A DNA stretch of 64,000 bases, from the NCBI GenBank assembly GCA_964016885.1, contig OZ024759.1:5704001-5768000 (forward strand), read 5' to 3'. The DNA is from Eledone cirrhosa. Taxonomy: Eukaryota. Numbering within the stretch: position 1 is the stretch's first letter; each line of letters opens with the position of its first letter. Below the pieces are notes generated by a model, which saw only the letters and a list, made by a program, of their open reading frames with translations, was not told where the DNA came from and searched no databases. A program made the position numbers and the translations under genes. Of this stretch, positions 40,501 to 55,500 are shown one piece after another.

Positions 40501-43500
40501 CTCCACTGTTGGTGAGAATTCATTTAAGTTCATGGTATTAGCTGTCAGAAGGAACTCCACTGTTGGTGAGAATTCATTTAAGTTCATGGTATTAGCTGTC
40601 AGAAGTAACTCCACTGTTGGTGAGAATTCATTTAAGTTCATGGTACTAGCTGTCAGAAGTAACTCCAATGTTGGTGAGAATTCATTTAAGTTCATGGTAT
40701 TAGCTGTCAGAAGTAACTCCACTGTTGGTGAGAATTCATTTAAGTCATGGTATTAGCCGTCAGACGTAACTCCAATGTTGGTGAGAATTCATTTAAGTTC
40801 ATGGTATTAGCTGTCAGAAGTAACTCCACTGTTGGTGAGAATTCATTTAAGTTCATGGTATTAGCTGTCAGAAGTAACTCCACTGTTGGTGAGAATTCAT
40901 TTAAGTTCATGGTACTAGCTGTCAGAAGTAACTCCACTGTTGGTGAGAATTCATTTAAGTTCATGGTATTAGCTGTCAGAAGTAACTCCACTGTTGGTGA
41001 GAATTCATTTAAGTTCATGGTATTAGCTGTCAGAAGGAACTCCAATGTTGGTGAGAATTCATTTAAGTCATGGTACTAGCTGTCAGAAGTAACTCCACTG
41101 TTGGTGAGAATTAATTTAAGTTCATGGTATTAGCTGTCAGAAGTAACTCCAATGTTGGTGAGAATTCATTTAAGTTCATGGTATTAGCTGTCAGAAGTAA
41201 CTCCACTGTTGGTGAGAATTCATTTAAGTTCATGGTATTAGCTGTCAGAAGTAACTCCACTGTTGGTGAGAATTCATTTAACTTCATGGTACTAGCTGTC
41301 AGAAGTAACTCCACTGTTGGTGAGAATTCATTTAAGTTCATGGTATTAGCTGTCAGAAGGAACTCCACTGTTGGTGAGAATTCATTTAAGTTCATGGTAT
41401 TAGCTGTCAGAAGTAACTCCACTGTTGGTGAGAATTCATTTAAGTTCATGGTACTAGCTGTCAGAAGTAACTCCAATGTTGGTGAGAATTCATTTAAGTT
41501 CATGGTATTAGCTGTCAGAAGTAACTCCACTGTTAGTGAGAATTCATTTAAGTCATGGTATTAGCCGTCAGAAGTAACTCCAATGTTGGTGAGAATTCAT
41601 TTAAGTTCATGGTATTAGCTGTCAGAAGGAACGCCACTGTTGGTGAGAATTCATTTAAGTTCATGGTATTAGCTGTCAAAAGTAACTCCACTGTTGGTGA
41701 GAATTCATTTAAGTTCATGGTACTAGCTGTCAGAAGTAACTCCACTGTTGGTGAGAATTCATTTAAGTTCATGGTATTAGCTGTCAGAAGGAACTCCACT
41801 GTTGGTGAGAATTCATTTAAGTTCATGGTATTAGCTGTCAGAAGTAACTCCACTGTTGGTGAGAATTCATTTAAGTTCATGGTACTAGCTGTCAGAAGTA
41901 ACTCCAATGTTGGTGAGAATTCATTTAAGTTCATGGTATTAGCTGTCAGAAGTAACTCCACTGTTGGTGAGAATTCATTTAAGTCATGGTATTAGCCGTC
42001 AGAAGTAACTCCAATGTTGGTGAGAATTCATTTAAGTTCATGGTATTAGCTGTCAGAAGTAACTCCACTGTTGGTGAGAATTCATTTAAGTTCATGGTAC
42101 TATCTGTCAGAAGTAACTCCACTGTTGGTGAGAATTCATTTAAGTTCATGGTATTAGTTTGTCAGAAGTAACTCCACTGTTGGTGAGAATTCATTTAAGT
42201 CATGGTATTAGTTGTCAGAATTAACTCCAATGTTGGTGAGAATTCATTTAAGTTCATGGTATTAGCTGTCAGAAGTAACTCCACTGTTGGTGAGAATTCA
42301 TTTAAGTTCATGGTATTAGCTGTCAGAAGGAACTCCAATGTTGGTGAGAATTCATTTAAGTCATGGTACTAGCTGTCAGAAGTAACTCCACTGTTGGTGA
42401 GAATTCATTTAAGTTCATGGTATTAGATGTCAGAAGTAACTCCAATGTTGCTGAGAATTCATTTAAGTTCATGGTATTAGCTGTCAGAAGTAACTCCACT
42501 GTTGGTGAGAATTCATTTAAGTTCATGGTATTAGCTGTCAGAAGTAACTCCACTGTTGGTGAGAATTCATTTAAGTTCATGGTACTAGCTGTCAGAAGTA
42601 ACTACACTGTTGGTGAGAATTCATTTAAGTTCATGGTATTAGCTGTCAGAAGTAACTCCAATGTTGGTGAGAATTCATTTAAGTTCATGGTATTAGCTGT
42701 CAGAAGTAACTCCACTGTTGGTGAGAATTCATTTAAGTTCATGGTATTAGCTGTCAGAAGTAACTCCACTGTTGGTGAGAATTCATTTAACTTCATGGTA
42801 CTAGCTGTCAGAAGTAACTCCACTGTTGGTGAGAATTCATTTAAGTTCATGGTATTAGCTGTCAGAAGGAACTCCACTGTTGGTGAGAATTCATTTAAGT
42901 TCATGGTATTAGCTGTCAGAAGTAACTCCACTGTTGGTGAGAATTCATTTAAGTTCATGGTACTAGCTGTCAGAAGTAACTCCACTGTTGGTGAGAATTC
43001 ATTTAAGTTCATGGTATTAGCTGTCAGAAGTAACTCCACTGTTGGTGAGAATTCATTTAAGTCATGGTATTAGCCGTCAGAAGTAACTCCAATGTTGGTG
43101 AGAATTCATTTAAGTTCATGGTATTAGCTGTCAGAAGGAACGCCACTGTTGGTGAGAATTCATTTAAGTTCATGGTATTAGCTGTCAGAAGTAACTCCAC
43201 TGTTGGTGAGAATTCATTTAAGTTCATGGTACTAGCTGTCAGAAGTAACTCCAATGTTGGTGAGAATTCATTTAAGTTCATGGTATTAGCTGTCAGAAGT
43301 AACTCCACTGTTGGTGAGAATTCATTTAAGTCATGGTATTAGCCGTCAGAAGTAACTCCAATGTTGGTGAGAATTCATTTAAGTTCATGGTATTAGCTGT
43401 CAGAAGGAACGCCACTGTTGGTGAGAATTCATTTAAGTTCATGGTATTAGCTGTCAGAAGTAACTCCACTGTTGGTGAGAATTCATTTAAGTTCATGGTA

Positions 43501-45865
43501 CTAGCTGTCAGAAGTAACTCCACTGTTGGTGAGAATTCATTTAAGTTCATGGTATTAGCTGTCAGAAGGAACTCCACTGTTGGTGAGAATTCATTTAAGT
43601 TCATGGTATTAGCTGTCAGAAGTAACTCCACTGTTGGTGAGAATTCATTTAAGTTCATGGTACTAGCTGTCAGAAGTAACTCTAATGTTGGTGAGAATTA
43701 ATTTAAGTTCATGGTATTAGCTGTCAGAAGTAACTCCACTGTTGGTGAGAATTCATTTAAGTCATGGTATTAGCCGTCAGAAGTAACTCCAATGTTGGTG
43801 AGAATTCATTTAAGTTCATGGTATTAGCTGTCAGAAGTAACTCCACTGTTGGTGAGAATTCATTTAAGTTCATGGTATTAGCTGTCAGAAGTAACTCCAC
43901 TGTTGGTGAGAATTCATTTAAGTTCATGGTACTATCTGTCAGAAGTAACTCCACTGTTGGTGAGAATTCATTTAAGTTCATGGTATTAGTTTGTCAGAAG
44001 TAACTCCACTGTTGGTGAGAATTCATTTAAGTCATGGTATTAGTTGTCAGAAGTAACTCCAATGTTGGTGAGAATTCATTTAAGTTCATGGTATTAGCTG
44101 TCAGAAGTAACTCCACTGTTGGTGAGAATTCATTTAAGTTCATGGTATTAGCTGTCAGAAGGAACTCCAATGTTGGTGAGATTTCATTTAAGTCATGGTA
44201 CTAGCTGTCAGAAGTAACTCCACTGTTGGTGAGAATTCATTTAAGTTCATGGTATTAGATGTCAGAAGTAACTCCAATGTTGCTGAGAATTCATTTAAGT
44301 TCATGGTATTAGCTGTCAGAAGTAACTCCACTGTTGGTGAGAATTCATTTAAGTTCATGGTATTAGCTGTCAGAAGTAACTCCACTGTTGGTGAGAATTC
44401 ATTTAAGTTCATGGTACTAGCTGTCAGAAGTAACTACACTGTTGGTGAGAATTCATTTAAGTTCATGGTATTAGCTGTCAGAAGTAACTCCAATGTTGGT
44501 GAGAATTCATTTAAGTTCATGGTATTAGCTGTCAGAAGTAACTCCACTGTTGGTGAGAATTCATTTAAGTTCATGGTATTAGCTGTCAGAAGTAACTCCA
44601 CTGTTGGTGAGAATTCATTTAAGTTCATGGTACTAGCTGTCAGAAGTAACTCCAATGTTGGTGAGAATTCATTTAAGTTCATGGTATTAGCTGTCAGAAG
44701 TAACTCCACTGTTGGTGAGAATTCATTTAAGTCATGGTATTAGCCGTCAGAAGTAACTCCAATGTTGGTGAGAATTCATTTAAGTTCATGGTATTAGCTG
44801 TCAGAAGTAACTCCACTGTTGGTGAGAATTCATTTAAGTCATGGTATTAGCCGTCAGAAGTAACTCCACTGTTGGTGAGAATTCATTTAAGTTCATGGTA
44901 TTAGTTTGTCAGAAGTAACTCCACTGTTGGTGAGAATTCATTTAAGTCATGATATTAGTTGTCAGAAGTAACTCCAATGTTGGTGAGAATTCATTTAAGT
45001 TCATGGTATTAGCTGTCAGAAGTAACTCCACTGTTGGTGAGAATTCATTTAAGTTCATGGTATTAGCTGTCAGAAGGAACTCCAATGTTGGTGAGAATTC
45101 ATTTAAGTCATGGTACTAGCTGTCAGAAGTAACTCCACTGTTGGTGAGAATTCATTTAAGTTCATGGTATTAGATGTCAGAAGTAACTCCAATGTTGCTG
45201 AGAATTCATTTAAGTTCATGGTATTAGCTGTCAGAAGTAACTCCACTGTTGGTGAGAATTCATTTAAGTTCATGGTATTAGCTGTCAGAAGTAACTCCAC
45301 TGTTGGTGAGAATTCATTTAAGTTCATGGTACTAGCTGTCAGAAGTAACTCCAATGTTGGTGAGAATTCATTTAAGTTCATGGTATTAGCTGTCAGAAGG
45401 AACGCCACTGTTGGTGAGAATTCATTTAAGTTCATGGTATTAGATGTCAGAAGTAACTCCAATGTTGCTGAGAATTCATTTAAGTTCATGGTATTAGCTG
45501 TCAGAAGGAACGCCACTGTTGGTGAGAATTCATTTAAGTTCATGGTATTAGCTGTCAGAAGTAACTCCACTGTTGGTGAGAATTCATTTAAGTTCATGGT
45601 ACTAGCTGTCAGAAGTAACTCCAATGTTGGTGAGAATTCATTTAAGTTCATGGTATTAGCTGTCAGAAGGAACGCCACTGTTGGTGAGAATTCATTTAAG
45701 TTCATGGTATTAGCTGTCAGAAGTAACTCCACTGTTGGTGAGAATTCATTTAAGTTCATGGTACTAGCTGTCAGAAGTAACTCCACTGTTGGTGAGAATT
45801 CATTTAAGTTCATGGTATTAGCTGTCAGAAGTAACTCCACTGTTGGTGAGAATTCATTTAAGTTC

Positions 45866-48800
45866 ATGGTACTAGCTGTCAGAAGTAACTACACTGTTGG
45901 TGAGAATTCATTTAAGTTCATGGTATTAGCTGTCAGAAGTAACTCCAATGTTGGTGAGAATTCATTTAAGTTCATGGTATTAGCTGTCAGAAGTAACTCC
46001 ACTGTTGGTGAGAATTCATTTAAGTTCATGGTATTAGCTGTCAGAAGTAACTCCACTGTTGGTGAGAATTCATTTAACTTCATGGTACTAGCTGTCAGAA
46101 GTAACTCCACTGTTGGTGAGAATTCATTTAAGTTCATGGTATTAGCTGTCAGAAGGAACTCCACTGTTGGTGAGAATTCATTTAAGTTCATGGTATTAGC
46201 TGTCAGAAGTAACTCCACTGTTGGTGAGAATTCATTTAAGTTCATGGTACTAGCTGTCAGAAGTAACTCCAATGTTGGTGAGAATTCATTTAAGTTCATG
46301 GTATTAGCTGTCAGAAGTAACTCCACTGTTGGTGAGAATTCATTTAAGTCATGGTATTAGCCGTCAGAAGTAACTCCAATGTTGGTGAGAATTCATTTAA
46401 GTTCATGGTATTAGCTGTCAGAAGGAACGCCACTGTTGGTGAGAATTCATTTAAGTTCATGGTATTAGCTGTCAGAAGTAACTCCACTGTTGGTGAGAAT
46501 TCATTTAAGTTCATGGTACTAGCTGTCAGAAGTAACTCCACTGTTGGTGAGAATTCATTTAAGTTCATGGTATTAGCTGTCAGAAGGAACTCCACTGTTG
46601 GTGAGAATTCATTTAAGTTCATGGTATTAGCTGACAGAAGTAACTCCACTGTTGGTGAGAATTCATTTAAGTTCATGGTACTAGCTGTCAGAAGTAACTC
46701 CAATGTTGGTGAGAATTCATTTAAGTTCATGGTATTAGCTGTCAGAAGTAACTCCACTGTTGGTGAGAATTCATTTAAGTTCATGGTACTAGCTGTCAGA
46801 AGTAACTCCAATGTTGGTGAGAATTCATTTAAGTTCATGGTATTAGCTGTCAGAAGTAACTCCACTGTTGGTGAGAATTCATTTAAGTCATGGTATTAGC
46901 CGTCAGAAGTAACTCCAATGTTGGTGAGAATTCATTTAAGTTCATGGTATTAGCTGTCAGAAGGAACGCCACTGTTGGTGAGAATTCATTTAAGTTCATG
47001 GTATTAGCTGTCAGAAGTAACTCCACTGTTGGTGAGAATTCATTTAAGTTCATGGTACTAGCTGTCAGAAGTAACTCCACTGTTGGTGAGAATTCATTTA
47101 AGTTCATGGTATTAGCTGTCAGAAGGAACTCCACTGTTGGTGAGAATTCATTTAAGTTCATGGTATTAGCTGTCAGAAGTAACTCCACTGTTGGTGAGAA
47201 TTCATTTAAGTTCATGGTACTAGCTGTCAGAAGTAACTCCAATGTTGGTGAGAATTCATTTAAGTTCATGGTATTAGCTGTCAGAAGTAACTCCACTGTT
47301 GGTGAGAATTCATTTAAGTTCATGGTATTAGCTGTCAGAAGTAACTCCACTGTTGGTGAGAATTCATTTAAGTTCATGGTACTAGCTGTCAGAAGTAACT
47401 CCACTGTTGGTGAGAATTCATTTAAGTTCATGGTATTAGTTTGTCAGAAGTAACTCCACTGTTGGTGAGAATTCATTTAAGTCATGGTATTAGTTGTCAG
47501 AAGTAACTCCAATGTTGGTAGAATTCATTTAAGTTCATGGTATTAGCTGTCAGAAGTAACTCCACTGTTGGTGAGAATTCATTTAAGTTCATGGTATTAG
47601 CTGTCAGAAGGAACTCCAATGTTGGTGAGAATTCATTTAAGTCATGGTACTAGCTGTCAGAAGTAACTCCACTGTTGGTGAGAATTCATTTAAGTTCATG
47701 GTATTAGCTGTCAGAAGGAACGCCACTGTTGGTGAGAATTCATTTAAGTTCATGGTATTAGCTGTCAGATGTAACTCCACCGTTGGTGAGAATTCATTTA
47801 AGTTCATGGTACTAGCTGTCAGAAGTAACTCCAATGTTGGTGAGAATTCATTTAAGTTCATGGTATTAGCTGTCAGAAGGAACTCCACTGTTGGTGAGAA
47901 TTCATTTAAGTTCATGGTATTTGCTGTCAGAAGTAACTTCACTGTTGGTGAGAATTAATTTAAGTCATGGTATTAGCTGTCAGAAGTAACTCCATTGTTG
48001 GTGAGAATTCATTTAAGTCATGGTACTAGCTGTCAGAAGGAACTCCACTGTTGGTGAGAATTCATTTAAGTTCATGGTATTAGCTGTCAGAAGTAACTCC
48101 ACTGTTGGTGAGAATTCATTTAAGTTCATGGTACTAGCTGTCAGAAGTAACTTCACTGTTGGTGAGAATTCATTTAAGTTCATGGTATTAGCTGTCAGAA
48201 GTAACTCCAATGTTGGTGAGAATTCATTTAAGTTCATGGTATTAGCTGTCAGAAGTAACTCCACTGTTGGTGAGAATTCATTTAAGTTCATGGTATTAGC
48301 TGTCAGAAGTAACTCCACTGTTGGTGAGAATTCATTTAACTTCATGGTACTAGCTGTCAGAAGTAACTCCACTGTTGGTGAGAATTCATTTAAGTTCATG
48401 GTATTAGCTGTCAGAAGGAACTCCACTGTTGGTGAGAATTCATTTAAGTTCATGGTATTAGCTGTCAGAAGTAACTCCACTGTTGGTGAGAATTCATTTA
48501 AGTTCATGGTACTAGCTGTCAGAAGTAACTCCAATGTTGGTGAGAATTCATTTAAGTTCATGGTATTAGCTGTCAGAAGTAACTCCACTGTTGGTGAGAA
48601 TTCATTTAAGTCATGGTATTAGCCGTCAGAAGTAACTCCAATGTTGGTGAGAATTCATTTAAGTTCATGGTATTAGCTGTCAGAAGGAACGCCACTGTTG
48701 GTGAGAATTCATTTAAGTTCATGGTATTAGCTGTCAGAAGTAACTCCACTGTTGGTGAGAATTCATTTAAGTTCATGGTACTAGCTGTCAGAAGTAACTC

Positions 48801-50389
48801 CACTGTTGGTGAGAATTCATTTAAGTTCATGGTATTAGCTGTCAGAAGGAACTCCACTGTTGGTGAGAATTCATTTAAGTTCATGGTATTAGCTGACAGA
48901 AGTAACTCCACTGTTGGTGAGAATTCATTTAAGTTCATGGTACTAGCTGTCAGAAGTAACTCCAATGTTGGTGAGAATTCATTTAAGTTCATGGTATTAG
49001 CTGTCAGAAGTAACTCCACTGTTGGTGAGAATTCATTTAAGTTCATGGTACTAGCTGTCAGAAGTAACTCCAATGTTGGTGAGAATTCATTTAAGTTCAT
49101 GGTATTAGCTGTCAGAAGTAACTCCACTGTTGGTGAGAATTCATTTAAGTCATGGTATTAGCCGTCAGAAGTAACTCCAATGTTGGTGAGAATTCATTTA
49201 AGTTCATGGTATTAGCTGTCAGAAGGAACGCCACTGTTGGTGAGAATTCATTTAAGTTCATGGTATTAGCTGTCAGAAGTAACTCCACTGTTGGTGAGAA
49301 TTCATTTAAGTTCATGGTACTAGCTGTCAGAAGTAACTCCACTGTTGGTGAGAATTCATTTAAGTTCATGGTATTAGCTGTCAGAAGGAACTCCACTGTT
49401 GGTGAGAATTCATTTAAGTTCATGGTATTAGCTGTCAGAAGTAACTCCACTGTTGGTGAGAATTCATTTAAGTTCATGGTACTAGCTGTCAGAAGTAACT
49501 CCAATGTTGGTGAGAATTCATTTAAGTTCATGGTATTAGCTGTCAGAAGTAACTCCACTGTTGGTGAGAATTCATTTAAGTTCATGGTATTAGCTGTCAG
49601 AAGTAACTCCACTGTTGGTGAGAATTCATTTAAGTTCATGGTACTAGCTGTCAGAAGTAACTCCACTGTTGGTGAGAATTCATTTAAGTTCATGGTATTA
49701 GTTTGTCAGAAGTAACTCCACTGTTGGTGAGAATTCATTTAAGTCATGGTATTAGTTGTCAGAAGTAACTCCAATGTTGGTAGAATTCATTTAAGCTCAT
49801 GGTATTAGCTGTCAGAAGTAACTCCACTGTTGGTGAGAATTCATTTAAGTTCATGGTATTAGCTGTCAGAAGGAACTCCAATGTTGGTGAGAATTCATTT
49901 AAGTCATGGTACTAGCTGTCAGAAGTAACTCCACTGTTGGTGAGAATTCATTTAAGTTCATGGTATTAGCTGTCAGAAGGAACGCCACTGTTGGTGAGAA
50001 TTCATTTAAGTTCATGGTATTAGCTGTCAGATGTAACTCCACTGTTGGTGAGAATTCATTTAGGTTCATGGTACTAGCTGTCAGAAGTAACTCCAATGTT
50101 GGTGAGAATTCATTTAAGTTCATGGTATTAGCTGTCAGAAGGAACTCCACTGTTGGTGAGAATTCATTTAAGTTCATGGTATTTGCTGTCAGAAGTAACT
50201 CCACTGTTGGTGAGAATTCATTTAAGTCATGGTATTAGCTGTCAGAAGTAACTCCATTGTTGGTGAGAATTCATTTAAGTCATGGTACTAACTGTCAGAA
50301 GGAACTCCACTGTTGGTGAGAATTCATTTAAGTTCATGGTATTAGCTGTCAGAAGTAACTCCACTGTTGGTGAGAATTCATTTAAGTCA
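45866..50389. repeat. Head-to-tail duplication of a 42-monomer block (2262 bp)
   Basis: Landmarks 46351/48613, 46890/49152, 47453/49715 and 47644/49906 all have offset 2262. Shared rare variants are GCTGACAG (about 46633/48895), the GGTAGAATTC deletion (about 47519/49781), CAGATGTAAC (about 47769/50031) and TATTTGCTG (about 47921/50183). Confidence 0.88.
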
Positions 50390-52598
50390 TGGTATTAGCT
50401 GTCAGAAGTAACTCCATTGTTGGTGAGAATTCATTTAAGTCATGGTACTAGCTGTCAGAAGTAACTCCACTGTTGGTGAGAATTCATTTAAGTTCATGGT
50501 ATTAGTTTGTCAGAAGTAACTCCACGGTTGGTGAGAATTCATTTAAGTCATGGTATTAGTTGTCAGAAGTAACTCCAATGTTGGTGAGAATTCATTTAAG
50601 TTCATGGTACTAGCTGTCAGAAGTAACTCCATTGTTGGTGAGAATTCATTTAAGTTCATGGTACTAGCTGTCAGAAGTAACTCCACTGTTGGTGAGAATT
50701 CATTTAAGTTTGATGGTATTAGTTTGTCAGAAGTAACTCCACTGTTGGTGAGAATTCATTTAAGTCATGGTACTAGCTGTCAGATGTAACTCCAATGTTG
50801 GTGAGAATTCATTTAAGTTCATGGTATTAGCTGTCAGAAGGAACTCCACTGTTGGTGAGAATTCATTTAAGTTCATCGTATTAGCTGTCAGAAGTAACTC
50901 CACTGTTGGTGAGAATTCATTTAAGTTCATGGTACTAGCTGTCAGAAGTAACTCCAATGTTGGTGAGAATTCATTTAAGTTCATGGTATTAGCTGTCAGA
51001 AGTAACTCCACTGTTGGTGAGAATTCATTTAAGTCATGGTATTAGATGTCAGAAGTAACTCCAATGTTGGTGAGAATTCATTTAAGTTCATGGAATTAGC
51101 TGTCAGAAGTAACTCCACTGTTGGTGAGAATTCATTTAAGTTCATGGTATTAGCTGTCAGAAGTAACTCCACTGTTGGTGAGAATTCATTTAAGTTCATG
51201 GTACTAGCTGTCAGAAGTAACTCCACTGTTGGTGAGAATTCATTTAAGTTCATGGTATTAGTTTGTCAGAAGTAACTCCACTGTTGGTGAGAATTCATTT
51301 AAGTCATGGTATTAGCTGTCAGAAGTAACTCCAATGTTGGTGAGAATTCATTTAAGTTCATGGTATTAGCTGTCAGAAGTAACTCCACTGTTGGTGAGAA
51401 TTCATTTAAGTTCATGGTATTAGCTGTCAGAAGTAACTCCACTGTTGGTGAGAATTCATTTAAGTTCATGGTACTAGCTGTCAGAAGTAACTCCACTGTT
51501 GGTGAGAATTCATTTAAGTTCATGGTATTAGTTTGTCAGAAGTAACTCCACTGTTGGTGAGAATTCATTTAAGTCATGGTATTAGTTGTCAGAAGTAACT
51601 CCAATGTTGGTGAGAATTCATTTAAGTTCATGGTACTAGCTGTCAGAAGTAACTCCACTGTTGGTGAGAATTCATTTAAGTTCATGGTATTAGCTGTCAG
51701 AAGTAACTCCACTGTTGATGAGAATTCATTTAAGTCATGGTATTACCTGTCAGAAGTCACTCCACTGTGGGTGAGAATTCATTTAAGTTCATGGTACTAG
51801 CTGTCAGAAGTAAACCCCATGTTGGTGAGAATTCATTTAAGTTCATGGTATTAGCTGTCAGAAGTAACTCCAATGTTGGTGAGAATTCATTTAAGTTCAT
51901 GGTATTAGCTGTCAGAAGTAACTCCACTGTTGGTGAGAATTCATTTAAGTCATGGTATTAGATGTCAGAAGTAACTCCAATGTTGGTGAGAATTCATTTA
52001 AGTTCATGGAATTAGCTGTCAGAAGTAACTCCACTGTTGGTGAGAATTCATTTAAGTTCATGGTATTAGCTGTCAGAAGTAACTCCACTGTTGGTGAGAA
52101 TTCATTTAAGTTCATGGTACTAGCTGTCAGAAGTAACTCCACTGTTGGTGAGAATTCATTTAAGTTCATGGTATTAGCTGTCAGAAGTAACTCCACTGTT
52201 GGTGAGAATTCATTTAAGTTCATGGTATTAGCTGTCAGAAGGAACTCCACTGTTGGTGAGAATTCATTTAAGTTCATGGTACTAGCTGTCAGAAGTAACT
52301 CCACTGTTGGTGAGAATTCATTTAAGTTCATGGTATCAGTTTGTCAGAAGCAACTCCACTGTTGGTGAGAATTCATTTAAGTCATGGTATTAGTTGTCAG
52401 AAGTAACTCCAATGTTGGTGAGAATTCATTTAAGTTCATGGTATTAGCTGTCAGAAGTAACTCCACTGTTGGTGAGAATTCATTTAAGTTCATGGTATTA
52501 GCTGTCAGAAGTAACTCCGCTGTTGGTGAGAATTCATTTAAGTTCATGGTATTAGCTTTCAGAAGTAACTCCACTGTTGGTGAGAATTCATTTAAGTC

Positions 52599-55500
52599 AT
52601 GGTATTAGCTGTCAGAAGTAACTCCAATGTTGGTGAGAATTCATTTAAGTCATGGTACTAGCTGTCAGAAGTAACTCCAATGTTGGTGAGAATTCATTTA
52701 AGTTCATGGTATTAGCTGTCAGAAGTAACTCCACTGTTGGTGAGAATTCATTTAAGTTCATGGTATTAGCTGTCAGAAGTAACTCCACTGTTGGTGAGAA
52801 TTCATTTAATTTCATGGTATTAGCTGTCAGAAGTAACTCCACTGTTGGTGAGAATTCATTTAAGTTCATGGTACTAGCTGTCAGAAGTAACTCCACTGTT
52901 CGTGAGAATTCATTTAAGTTCATGGTATTAGCTGTCAGAAGTCACTCCAATGTTGGTGAGAATTCATTTAAGTTCATGGTATTAGCTGTCAGAAGTCACT
53001 CCACTGTGGGTGAGAATTCATTTAAGTTCATGGTACTAGCTGTCAGAAGTAAACCCCATGTTGGTGAGAATTCATTTAAGTTCATGGTATTAGCTGTCAG
53101 AAGTCACTCCAATGTTGGTGAGAATTCATTTAAGTTCATGGTATTAGCTGTCAGAAGTAACTCCACTGTTGGTGAGAATTCATTTAAGTTCATGGTATTA
53201 GCTGTCAGAAGGAACTCCACTGTTGGTGAGAATTCATTTAAGTTCATGGTATTAGCTGTCAGAAGGAACTCCACTGTTGGTGAGAATTCATTTAAGTTCA
53301 TGGTACTAGCTGTCAGAAGTAACTCCACTGTTGGTGAGAATTCATTTAAGTTCATGGTATCAGTTTGTCAGAAGCAACTCCACTGTTGGTGAGAATTCAT
53401 TTAAGTCATGGTATTAGTTGTCAGAAGTAACTCCAATGTTGGGTAGAATTCATTTAAGTCATGGTACTAGCTGTCAGAAGTAACTCCAATGTTGGTGAGA
53501 ATTCATTTAAGTTCATGGTATTAGCTGTCAGAAGGAGCTCCACTTTTGGTGAGAATTCATTTAAGTTCATGGTATTAGCTGTCAGAAGTAACTCCACTGT
53601 TGGTGAGAATTCATTTAAGTTCATGGTATTAGCTGTCAGAAGTAACTCCGCTTTTGGTGAGAATTCATTTAAGTTCATGGTATTAGCTGTCAGAAGTAAC
53701 TCCACTGTTGGTGAGAATTCATTTAAGTTCATGGTATTAGCTGTCAGAAGGAACTCCAATGTTGGTGAGAATTCATTTAAGTCATGGTACTAGCTGTCAG
53801 AAGTAACTCCAATGTTGGTGAGAATTCATTTAAGTTCATGGTATTAGCTGTCAGAAGGAACTCCACTGTTGGTGAGAATTCATTTAAGTTCATGGTATTA
53901 GCTGTCAGAAGTAACTCCACTGTTGGTGAGAATTCATTTAAGTTCATGGTACTAGCTGTCAGAAGTAAACCCCATGTTGGTGAGAATTCATTTAAGTTCA
54001 TGGTATTAGCTGTCAGAAGTCACTCCAATGTTGGTGAGAATTCATTTAAGTTCATGGTATTAGCTGTCAGAAGTAACTCCACTGTTGGTGAGAATTCATT
54101 TAAGTTCATGGTATTAGCTGTCAGAAGGAACTCCACTGTTGGTGAGAATTCATTTAAGTTCATGGTACTCGCTGTCAGAAGTAACTCCACTGTTGGTGAG
54201 AATTCATTTAAGTTCATGGTATTAGTTTGTCAGAAGTAACTCCACTGTTGGTGAGAATTCATTTAAGTCATGGTATTAGTTGTCAGAAGTAACTCCAATG
54301 TTGGTGAGAATTCATTTAAGTCATGGTACTAGCTGTCAGAAGGAACTCAACTTTTGGTGAGAATTCATTTAAGTTCATGGTATTAGCTGTCAGAAGTAAC
54401 TCCACTGTTGATGAGAATTCATTTAAGTCATGGTATTACCTGTCAGAAGTAACTCCAATGTTGGTGAGAATTCATTTAAGTCATGGTACTAGCTGTCAGA
54501 AGTAACTCCAATGTTGGTGAGAATTCATTTAAGTTCATGGTATTAGCTGTCAGAAGTAACTCCACTGTTGGTGAGAATTCATTTAAGTTCATGGTATTAG
54601 CTGTCAGAAGTAACTCCACTGTTGGTGAGAATTCATTTAATTTCATGGTATTAGTTGTCAGAAGTAACTCCAATGTTGGTGAGAATTCATTTAAGTTCAT
54701 GGTACTAGCTGTCAGAAGTAACTCCACTGTTGGTGAGAATTCATTTAAGTTCATGGTATTAGCTGTCAGAAGTCACTCCAATGTTGGTGAGAATTCATTT
54801 AAGTTCATGGTATTAGCTGTCAGAAGTCACTCCACTGTGGGTGAGAATTCATTTAAGTTCATGGTACTAGCTGTCAGAAGTAAACCCCATGTTGGTGAGA
54901 ATTCATTTAAGTTCATGGTATTAGCTGTCAGAAGTCACTCCAATGTTGGTGAGAATTCATTTAAGTTCATGGTATTAGCTGTCAGAAGTAACTCCACTGT
55001 TGGTGAGAATTCATTTAAGTTCATGGTATTAGCTGTCAGAAGTAACTCCACTGTTGGTGAGAATTCATTTAAGTTCATGGTATTAGCTGTCAGAAGGAAC
55101 TCCACTGTTGGTGAGAATTCATTTAAGTTCATGGTACTAGCTGTCAGAAGTAACTCCACTGTTGGTGAGAATTCATTTAAGTTCATGGTATCAGTTTGTC
55201 AGAAGCAACTCCACTGTTGCTGAGAATTCATTTAAGTCATGGTATTATTTGTCAGAAGTAACTCCAATGTTGGTGAGAATTCATTTAAGTCATGGTACTA
55301 GCTGTCAGAAGTAACTCCAATGTTGGTGAGAATTCATTTAAGTTCATGGTATTAGCTGTCAGAAGGAGCTCCACTTTAGGTGAGAATTCATTTAAGTTCA
55401 TGGTATTAGCTGTCAGAAGTAACTCCACTGTTGGTGAGAATTCATTTAAGTTCATGGTATTAGCTGTCAGAAGTAACTGCGCTGTTGGTGAGAATTCATT

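Noticed and set aside
45110-46360. Longest ORF (416 aa) and all other track ORFs as protein-coding genes
   Set aside because: They are pure translations of the 54-bp unit with no unique N- or C-terminal domain. Boundaries are set by recurrent 1-bp indels. In-frame stops arise freely (about 1301, 9084, 35077, 43699) and many common variants are non-synonymous.
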